This document shows positions 56,636-64,000 of a stretch of DNA of 64,000 nt, piece by piece. Both the position numbers and the translations under genes were made by a program. Origin of the DNA: Candidatus Poribacteria bacterium. GTDB lineage: Bacteria; Poribacteria; WGA-4E; WGA-3G. The stretch spans positions 2,944,001 to 3,008,000 of the forward strand of contig OZ251518.1 of NCBI GenBank assembly GCA_965242965.1. Direction: 5' to 3'. The number at the start of each line of letters is the position of its first letter. Position 1 is the stretch's first letter. The notes under the pieces are model-generated. The model was given only the letters and a program-made list of their open reading frames with translations, was not told where the DNA came from and made no database searches.

Positions 56636-59600
56636 ATGAATCCCACAACCAATTGGCTCACACATGTGCCTGAAGAGCAACACGCTCTTCTCGCGCAAGT
56701 TACACGTGAAGTCGCAGAAAACGCAGGGCTGCAACAGAACGAGGTTGAACGGCGGTTAAAAGTGCTTGCCGGTGACGATGCCGGCACGCAAGCCGCCTTC
56801 GCACAACTCGCCACACCGATGCTCGTGCAGGCACTCGATTCGCCCAGTGCAATTGCAGCCTTGAACCACTTCTCTCGGTTTGCAGAAGCAGCATTCAGTC
56901 AAGAGTGGCTCTATGAACTGTTAGTCAACACCCCCGAGCTCACGCGGCGCGTGCTGCAGAGTCTCGGTGCCTCCTCGTATCTGTCGGATATCCTCATCCG
57001 CAACCCCGAATTCTTCTTTGACATCCTGAATCCGAGCATCATGGAAGTCACTAAAACGCGGCAGTTCTATTACGATGAGCTCGGCGAACTGCTTGAAGAA
57101 GTGCCGGAACTTGATGGCAAGCTCAACGAGATGCGCCGCTATAAACGGCTAGAGAGCCTCCGCATCGGCGTACGCGACCTGCTTGAAATCGCGAACCTTG
57201 AGACTGTCACGTTAGAGTTGAGCGGGCTTGCAGACTCGACGTTACAGCACTGTTATGAGCTCGGCCGTGATGTCGTATTGAAACCGAAATTCGGCACCCC
57301 GCTGAACGAAGATGGCGACGCGCCTGCCGAGTTCGTCGTCATCGGCATGGGGAAACTCGGCGGTTCTGAACTCAATTTTAGTTCCGACATCGATCTACTC
57401 TTCGTCTATTCAGACGACGGCTACACCGACACTGGCACGCCGAATTATCAGTATTACGCGCGGTTGTGCGAGTTTATCATCAAGGCGATGAGCGAGATAA
57501 AGTCTGAGGGATACGTCTTCCGCGTCGATATCCGCTTACGTCCCGAAAGCAGTGCCGGCGTGATTGCCCGTTCGATGGAAAGTTATGAGAGCTATTACGA
57601 AGGCTGGGGCGAACTTTGGGAACGGCAAGCGTTGATTAAGGCGCGCCCCGTTGCAGGCGATGTTGACACCCTCGGACACGAGTTCATCCAGATGATCCAC
57701 CCGTTTGTCTATCAACGCTATTTAGATGGCGTGACGTTGAGCGAAATTAAGGCGGACATTCGGGGGACGAAGGCGCGCATCGAGGAACGCATCGTGAGTG
57801 AAAAGGGGGATTTGCAGAAGCACATCAAACTCGGGCCCGGTGCAATTCGGGATATTGAGTTTACCTGCCAGTGCCTCCAGATGATTCACGGTGGCAAGCG
57901 CAAGTCGCTCTGCTCGCAGAATACGTTGGAGACGCTCGCGGCGTTGGAAGAATGCGAGTTGCTGAGTCCGGACGATGTAGAAGCAATGGCAAGCGCGTAT
58001 CGGTTTCTACGCACGGTAGAACACCGCATCCAAATTGAAGCAGACCAGCAGCGTTACTCCATTCCTGATAAAGAGGAAGAAGAACGCGAACTCGCTCGGC
58101 GCAGCGGCTATCGAAGCACGAAAGATGGTGATGAATTGGAGGCGTTTCGGCGGCAGCACCGTGCGCATACCGAACGCGTCCGAGCCATCTTTGAAGAGGT
58201 AACCGCAACCGCGCTGCAACATGAGGAGACCGGGGTGGATATCGGCGTGTTGCTTGCAGAAGACGAGACGCAGCAACTTGACGAACTCCTCCGTTCTTAC
58301 GGCTTTGAGAATGTGAAGGAGGCGCAGCGGTTGCTGAAACGGCTCGCGAACGGCGGCGATGGTATCCAGTTTTCGCCGGGGGTGCGGCGTTCCTTCTTTA
58401 CCCTCGCGCCAACGCTCCTGAACATCTTGCGTGACTCGCCGAATCCGGATGTCGCACTCCGGTACCTCTCCGCATTTGCGGATAAGGTCGGCGCGCGGAG
58501 CAGTTACTACACGATGTTCCTTGAGAAGCCCTCAACGCTTGAGGCGCTCACCGGTGTCTGCGGCACAAGTCTTTACCTCGCCGAGCTGCTCGTCGGGAGC
58601 CCGGAACTCTTCGACCTGCTCACGGTGCCTGATTTGGTAGAACGCGCCAAGACGCTGGAGGAAAAACAGGCGGAGGCACTCAAGGTTGTGGAAACCGCGC
58701 CATCCGACAAGATGCTGCCCCTCTTACGGCGGTATAAGAACGACGAAATCTGGCGCATCGCCTTGCGGAATATCCTCGGCAATGCCTCGCTACCGACCAC
58801 AACGACAGAACTTTCTGACCTGGCTGAGGCGGTCACGCAGGCACTTTACCCGCAAGTGGAAGCGCAGATTCGCGAGGAGCACGGTATCCCCCTGGATGCC
58901 GATGGAAACCCAGTGACGTTCGCGGTTATCGGCCTCGGCAAGTTTGGCGGCAGGGAGCTCAACTTCAGTTCCGATTTGGACATCCTGTTTGTCTATTCGG
59001 AAGATGGCGAGACGACGAAAGGCACGCCGAACGTGAACTATTTCTCTGCACTCGGATTGGAGCTGGTAAAGCAGCTCGCGGGCGACCAGGGGATGAGTAT
59101 CTATGAACTCGATCTTCGGCTTCGGCCGCACGGGAAAGGCGGCGCGATTGCAATGCCCTTGGCCGGGTATCAGCACTACTACGATACCACAGCGCTGATT
59201 TGGGAACGGCAGGCATTGACACGCGCCAGACCGGTTGCTGGCGACACGGAGGGTGTGGGCGCGCGGTTCTTGGAAATTGCACACGGGTTCGCATACGGAC
59301 AACCGCTCACGCAGGAAGGCATCGCCGAAATTGTCCGCACGCGACAACGGAAGGAGGCACAAGCCACCCGGAAACCGACGACACGCCGCAGGCGCCGCAG
59401 ACAAACGACGACTCCCGCACCCAATGTGAAGTCCGGTTATGGCGGCCTCGTGGACATTGAATTCGCCTTGCAGACGCTGCAACTCGTTCATGGAACCGAT
59501 GAGCCTGCCATTCGGGAGCAAAACACGCTCCTTGCGGCTGACAGATTGCACGATATCGGCGTGCTAACAGCCGAACAGCGAGATCGCGTGACAGAAGCGT

Positions 59601-59818
59601 ATCAATATCTCCGGCGCGTTGAGAACGCCCTACGGATTGTGCATGACCGGCCGTTGGATGCATTACCGACGAATCGTTCGGAATTGGAGCAGTTGGCGCG
59701 GCGGCTTGGGTACCCGCATACCGACGACAATCCGGCGGATGCAGCGTTTCTGAAGGATTACGGCCAGTGGACAGAAACGACGCGCGCGCTGTTTAATGAG
59801 CTCCTAGTGAGTAAGTAG
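56636..59818 (+). CDS. glnE: Bifunctional glutamine synthetase adenylyltransferase/adenylyl-removing enzyme
   Basis: Two NT domains: GMGKLGG.ELNFSSDIDL and GLGKFGG.ELNFSSDLDI; D.RLRP; WERQAL. Confidence 0.95.
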   Translation: MNPTTNWLTHVPEEQHALLAQVTREVAENAGLQQNEVERRLKVLAGDDAGTQAAFAQLATPMLVQALDSPSAIAALNHFSRFAEAAFSQEWLYELLVNTPELTRRVLQSLGASSYLSDILIRNPEFFFDILNPSIMEVTKTRQFYYDELGELLEEVPELDGKLNEMRRYKRLESLRIGVRDLLEIANLETVTLELSGLADSTLQHCYELGRDVVLKPKFGTPLNEDGDAPAEFVVIGMGKLGGSELNFSSDIDLLFVYSDDGYTDTGTPNYQYYARLCEFIIKAMSEIKSEGYVFRVDIRLRPESSAGVIARSMESYESYYEGWGELWERQALIKARPVAGDVDTLGHEFIQMIHPFVYQRYLDGVTLSEIKADIRGTKARIEERIVSEKGDLQKHIKLGPGAIRDIEFTCQCLQMIHGGKRKSLCSQNTLETLAALEECELLSPDDVEAMASAYRFLRTVEHRIQIEADQQRYSIPDKEEEERELARRSGYRSTKDGDELEAFRRQHRAHTERVRAIFEEVTATALQHEETGVDIGVLLAEDETQQLDELLRSYGFENVKEAQRLLKRLANGGDGIQFSPGVRRSFFTLAPTLLNILRDSPNPDVALRYLSAFADKVGARSSYYTMFLEKPSTLEALTGVCGTSLYLAELLVGSPELFDLLTVPDLVERAKTLEEKQAEALKVVETAPSDKMLPLLRRYKNDEIWRIALRNILGNASLPTTTTELSDLAEAVTQALYPQVEAQIREEHGIPLDADGNPVTFAVIGLGKFGGRELNFSSDLDILFVYSEDGETTKGTPNVNYFSALGLELVKQLAGDQGMSIYELDLRLRPHGKGGAIAMPLAGYQHYYDTTALIWERQALTRARPVAGDTEGVGARFLEIAHGFAYGQPLTQEGIAEIVRTRQRKEAQATRKPTTRRRRRRQTTTPAPNVKSGYGGLVDIEFALQTLQLVHGTDEPAIREQNTLLAADRLHDIGVLTAEQRDRVTEAYQYLRRVENALRIVHDRPLDALPTNRSELEQLARRLGYPHTDDNPADAAFLKDYGQWTETTRALFNELLVSK

Positions 59819-59833
59819 CGCGATTGTTAGGAG

Positions 59834-59861
59834 GCGGAGCGGATAGAGACATCCGCTCCGC
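59834..59861. other. Perfect 11-bp hairpin directly upstream of the AAA gene RBS
   Basis: GCGGAGCGGAT-AGAGAC-ATCCGCTCCGC. Confidence 0.6.
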
Positions 59862-59875
59862 AGGAGGAACTGACT

Positions 59876-61552
59876 ATGGAACATCGCCAAACCAAAACCT
59901 TTGAAACCCGCGGGCCCGTGAAACCCGAACGCAACTATGTTGTCGCACGCACGGAGGAACTCGCCGATTTCATCAACCGCGTGAAAGAGGGACGTTACGT
60001 CGTCATCTTCGCGCCGCGTCAAACGGGAAAGACGACGTTCTTCCGTCGCGCCTTAGAGCTGCTTGCAACGGAAGACTCGGACTATTTTCCGCTTGCGTTG
60101 AGTTTCCAAATCTATAGCAACGCCACACCGCCTGTTTTTTACGAGAACCTTTACAAGGACATCCGTTTGTCAATCGGCCGGGTTTTTCGGCGGTGGGAAC
60201 GTGTGCCGCCGGACACTTTGACGCAGTTCTTGGACAACGCAACCTTCACAGACCACTTCTCGCTGAGACGGTTCTTTCATGGACTGCCGGACGCGCTTGA
60301 GGGGCGGCAGGTGGTGCTGGTGATTGACGAATTTGACGGCATTCCGCAAACTGTCTTGAGCGATTTTCTTTACACGCTTCGCGATATCTACCTCGAAGAC
60401 GACACATCCATGCGGTGTCCTTACAGCGTCGGCATCGTCGGCGTTAAAAGCATTACGCAGCTGAATTATGATAGGAGTATCTCGCCGTTCAATATTCAGG
60501 ATGAGTTCGCGCTGCCTAATTTCACACTCGCACAGGTGCAGGAACTCTTCGGGCAATATACCGACGAGGTGGGACAGGCGTTCGCACCGGAGACGATTGA
60601 AATGCTGCATCGGCAGACAGCGGGGCAGCCGTTTCTCGTCAACCGCCTCGCGCAAATTCTTACCGCTGAGCTGGATATCCCGAAAACGGAGACGATTACT
60701 GTCGCGCATTTTGCAAAGGCGCATGCCGCACTCCTGCGGGAACAAAACGTCAACTTCCATCATCTGACTACCAATGTCCGCCGGCATCCGCAGTTTGAAC
60801 GCGTTCTGATGAGAATTGCGACTTCGGAGAAGAAGGTGCCATTCAACGCCGGCAGTGACGTGATGAACGAACTCGTTACCTACGGTGTTATCGCCGAAGA
60901 TGCCGAGGGGAAGTGTCAGATTGTCAACCCGATTTATCAACGCCGCGTCTTACAAGCGTTCCAACCGGCGATTAACGGACTGGAGGAAGACTACTTCCCC
61001 GAAGACAGCGGTATCCAATTCTCGGATTACCTCACCGATGATGGGCACCTCGCCATGGAGCCGCTGCTGGATAACTTTCGCGACTTCATCGCGCGCATCG
61101 GATTCCGAATCCTCCAAGAACCAGACCTGCCCAGGGAATCAATTGGACAACACCTGCTGGCGACATATCTCGATGCATTCGTGCGGACGACGCGCGGGAA
61201 CATGTATCTGGAACTGCCGACAGGGCGGGGCCGGATGGATCTGGTAGTGTTGCACCGCGAGCGGAAGTATGTCGTGGAATTCAAGATATGGGGGAGTGAA
61301 CGTGAGTATCAGAGCGGCAAGAAGCAACTGGCTGCTTATCTCCAGTTAGAGGCGGCATCGGAAGGCTACTATGTCGTGTTCGACCATCGCGAGAATCCAG
61401 AGCCGCGCACGGAGACAGAGACGGTGGATGGTTCCCGTATTCGGAGTTATGTGATTCCGGTGGTGCAGGAGCGGCCGTCCGATCTGTCTGAGGAAGAGGC
61501 GGCATATCGCCGTTCGGTCTCGCAATTGGAAAATCAGCACCGTAAATTTTGA
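59876..61552 (+). CDS. AAA-type P-loop NTPase with C-terminal PD-(D/E)XK domain
   Basis: APRQTGKTT, LVIDEFD, SPFNI, GQPFLVN; GRGRMDL..VVEFK. Confidence 0.85.
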   Translation: MEHRQTKTFETRGPVKPERNYVVARTEELADFINRVKEGRYVVIFAPRQTGKTTFFRRALELLATEDSDYFPLALSFQIYSNATPPVFYENLYKDIRLSIGRVFRRWERVPPDTLTQFLDNATFTDHFSLRRFFHGLPDALEGRQVVLVIDEFDGIPQTVLSDFLYTLRDIYLEDDTSMRCPYSVGIVGVKSITQLNYDRSISPFNIQDEFALPNFTLAQVQELFGQYTDEVGQAFAPETIEMLHRQTAGQPFLVNRLAQILTAELDIPKTETITVAHFAKAHAALLREQNVNFHHLTTNVRRHPQFERVLMRIATSEKKVPFNAGSDVMNELVTYGVIAEDAEGKCQIVNPIYQRRVLQAFQPAINGLEEDYFPEDSGIQFSDYLTDDGHLAMEPLLDNFRDFIARIGFRILQEPDLPRESIGQHLLATYLDAFVRTTRGNMYLELPTGRGRMDLVVLHRERKYVVEFKIWGSEREYQSGKKQLAAYLQLEAASEGYYVVFDHRENPEPRTETETVDGSRIRSYVIPVVQERPSDLSEEEAAYRRSVSQLENQHRKF

Positions 61553-61690
61553 TAATGTCAAGAGTCAAGACGCTCTGGGTGGGAAATGCTGATACACTCA
61601 CAGGTTTCACAACGCAAAAAAAATCGCGCTTGCGAAATTGCGGGAAACCTGCTAAAATTCCTACTAAATCGTTTTGACTGGAGAGGATTC

Positions 61691-62551
61691 ATGATTTTTG
61701 GACAAGGCACACATCAATACACGGTGCAAGAAAATTGGTGGACGCTACCGGAAGGATGGGAGTTTGGCTGGATCCCCGCTGTTGCCGTGGATTCGCAAGA
61801 CAGGGTTTACGTTTACAGCCGCAGCGAACGGCCGATGATAGTTTTCGACCGGGACGGCAATTTCCTTGCCTCTTGGGGTGAGGATATCCTCAAGGACGCG
61901 CACGGCATTTTCATTGATGCCGAAGACCACGTCTACTGCGTTGAACGCGACACCCATGTCATGCGCAAGTTTACTACGGACGGAGAACTGCTGATGACAC
62001 TCGGCATACCCGACAAACCGGGTGCCGAAGGCGAACCCTTTAACCAGCCAACCGATCTGGCTCTCGGCCCCGATGGCGAGATGTTTATCTGCGATGGATA
62101 CGGCAATGCCCGCATTCACAAATACTCCCCTGATGGAGAACTGATCAAGTCTTGGGGACAACCGGGAAGTGGCCCTGGCGAATTTGACTTGCCTCACTGC
62201 GTCAAAGTCGATCCTCGCAATCGACTCATGGTAGCGGACCGGGAGAACAATCGCATCCAATTTTTCACGCTTGATGGCGACTACATTGAAGAATGGCGCG
62301 ATTTCTTGCATCCCGACACTATCTATATTGATGCCGATGAGTTCATATACGTCGCCGAGTTAGATCAGCGCGTGACTATCCTGACGCTGGATGGGGAGAT
62401 AGTCTCGCAATGGGGTAGCGAGCGCGGGAGCACCGTCCCCGGCGAATTCCTCGCCTGTCCGCACGGTATCTGGTGCGATTCGCGCGGCGACATCTACGTC
62501 GGCGAGGTGCAGGCGGATGCGCGGTTACAGAAGTTCATCCGGCAACGGTAG
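61691..62551 (+). CDS. NHL-repeat protein (peptidyl-alpha-hydroxyglycine lyase-like)
   Basis: VAVDSQDRVYV, FNQPTD, DGYGNARI, G.F.LPH, VADRENNRIQ. Confidence 0.88.
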   Translation: MIFGQGTHQYTVQENWWTLPEGWEFGWIPAVAVDSQDRVYVYSRSERPMIVFDRDGNFLASWGEDILKDAHGIFIDAEDHVYCVERDTHVMRKFTTDGELLMTLGIPDKPGAEGEPFNQPTDLALGPDGEMFICDGYGNARIHKYSPDGELIKSWGQPGSGPGEFDLPHCVKVDPRNRLMVADRENNRIQFFTLDGDYIEEWRDFLHPDTIYIDADEFIYVAELDQRVTILTLDGEIVSQWGSERGSTVPGEFLACPHGIWCDSRGDIYVGEVQADARLQKFIRQR

Positions 62552-62691
62552 CTGAAGAAGCACGCTCACGGTAGGCGCGCTTTCACAGCGCGCCAAACGC
62601 ATGGCGACAGACGAAAGTGCTGAGTTAGGACAACCTCAAAAACCGAGTCGTTGACAACGTCGACAACGTCAATGACGGATGACGCAGAAAT

Positions 62692-64000
62692 ATGTCATTG
62701 CAAAAACCACCCTCACCGAACGCCTCGCGCGATACAAAAGTTCTTCCCTTTTTTCAAAAGGTGAACCAACATTTTGAGCACGCGGCGCGTTTTACAACGC
62801 ACCCGCGGGGGATGTTAGAGCAGATTAAGATTTGCAATAGCATCTGTCATGTGACGTTCCCGATTAAGCGTGACGATGGCACGATTGAGACGCTGCACGG
62901 CTGGCGCGCCGAACATAGCCATCATAAACTGCCGACGAAAGGCGGCATCCGCTACAGCACACTCGTGAATGAAGACGAGATCATGGCATTGGCGGCGTTG
63001 ATGACTTACAAATGCGCGATTGTCGATGTCCCGTTTGGCGGCGCGAAAGGCGGAATTCAGTTAGACCGGGCTGCCTATTCCTCAAGCGAATTGGAACGCA
63101 TCACGCGCCGCTATACCTACGAACTCATTCAGAAAAACTACATCGGCCCCGGCATAGACGTGCCGGCACCCGACTTCGGCACCAGCGAAACCGAAATGGC
63201 GTGGATTCTGGATACCTATCTGAGCATAGCCCCGGATAAACTTGATGCTATTGCCTGCGTGACCGGGAAACCGATTGAACTGAACGGGATTCGCGGGCGG
63301 CGGGAAGCCACCGGCAGAGGCGTTTTCTTCGGGCTGCGCGAGGCATGCACGGTTGCCGAAGATATGAAATCGCTCGGGCTGTCACCCGGACTGCCCGGCA
63401 AAACCGTTGTAATACAGGGATTCGGCAACGTTGGATACCATGCCGCCAAGTTCCTCAGCGAAAGCGACGCAGTTGTGACAGGTATCCTTGAGATAGATGG
63501 CGGACTCTATCACCCGAAGGGCCTTGATGTCGAAGCGGTTTCCGCTTGGTATGAGGAGAACGGCTCAATTCGCGATTATCCGGATGCCACGCTCATTGAT
63601 AATCCACAGGACGGGTTGGAGTTGGAGTGCGATATCCTCGTGCCGGCGGCGGTGGAGAATCAGATTACGGCGGAGAACGCGCCGCGTCTCAAGGCGCGCA
63701 TCCTCGCCGAAGCGGCAAACGGCCCAACAACCGCTGCCGCAGACGCACTCCTCAAACAGCGAAACATGCTGATTCTGCCGGATACCTACCTCAACGCCGG
63801 TGGTGTCACCGTCTCCTATTTTGAGTGGCTGCGTAACCTATCGCACGTGCGGTTTGGCAGACTTGGCAGGCGATTTGAAGAAAATCAGCATAAAAGCATG
63901 CTCAATGCCGTTGAAAAAGCGACAGGGTATCAGTTCTCAGCGGAAGAGATTGAACTGATCGGGCACGGAGCCGACGAAAATGACCTGGTGAATTCGGGAC
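62692..64000 (+). CDS. Glu/Leu/Phe/Val dehydrogenase (glutamate dehydrogenase), truncated by the window end; absent from the ORF track
   Basis: Translated by hand: PTKGGIRY, MTYKCA, GGAKGG, GPGIDVPAPD, VTGKP, ATGRG, QGFGNVG, EAANGP, NAGGVTVSYFEW. Confidence 0.93.
   Translation, partial: MSLQKPPSPNASRDTKVLPFFQKVNQHFEHAARFTTHPRGMLEQIKICNSICHVTFPIKRDDGTIETLHGWRAEHSHHKLPTKGGIRYSTLVNEDEIMALAALMTYKCAIVDVPFGGAKGGIQLDRAAYSSSELERITRRYTYELIQKNYIGPGIDVPAPDFGTSETEMAWILDTYLSIAPDKLDAIACVTGKPIELNGIRGRREATGRGVFFGLREACTVAEDMKSLGLSPGLPGKTVVIQGFGNVGYHAAKFLSESDAVVTGILEIDGGLYHPKGLDVEAVSAWYEENGSIRDYPDATLIDNPQDGLELECDILVPAAVENQITAENAPRLKARILAEAANGPTTAAADALLKQRNMLILPDTYLNAGGVTVSYFEWLRNLSHVRFGRLGRRFEENQHKSMLNAVEKATGYQFSAEEIELIGHGADENDLVNSG

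Noticed and set aside
62782-62810. Possible in-frame REP in GDH (GCGGCGCGTTTTACAACGCACCCGC)
   Set aside because: It lacks GTAG, and the peptide fits the normal GDH N-terminal helix.

Overview
A GC-rich bacterial chromosomal window with about 42 supportable CDSs. I saw no rRNA, tRNA, CRISPR array or transposase. The protein repertoire suggests Candidatus Poribacteria or a relative (inference, not searched): LamG/TolB-like proteins ending in a 'K.xTTWGxLK' tail, internalin-type LRR, Uma2, Gfo/Idh/MocA and a FlgD/T9SS-type tail. Core genes are a prepilin peptidase, a Rieske plus cytochrome b pair, nnr, nadA, glnE and a partial glutamate dehydrogenase. Accessory content comprises a 14-kb TolC/ABC-2 exporter cluster with a triplicated promoter, a 2570-aa Ig-repeat surface protein next to a PorV-like barrel, an OB-fold/Zn-finger/restriction-nuclease/macrodomain locus, and a 701-bp-period triplet of mosaic PD-(D/E)XK genes. 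Most intergenic space is built from about 10 families of GTAG-led palindromes (REP-like). These are often packaged between TGAGGGTGTTTCATAA terminal inverted repeats, and several sit in frame inside proteins. Many short ORFs in the supplied track are translations of these repeats. All protein calls come from motifs read by eye; no database searches were run.
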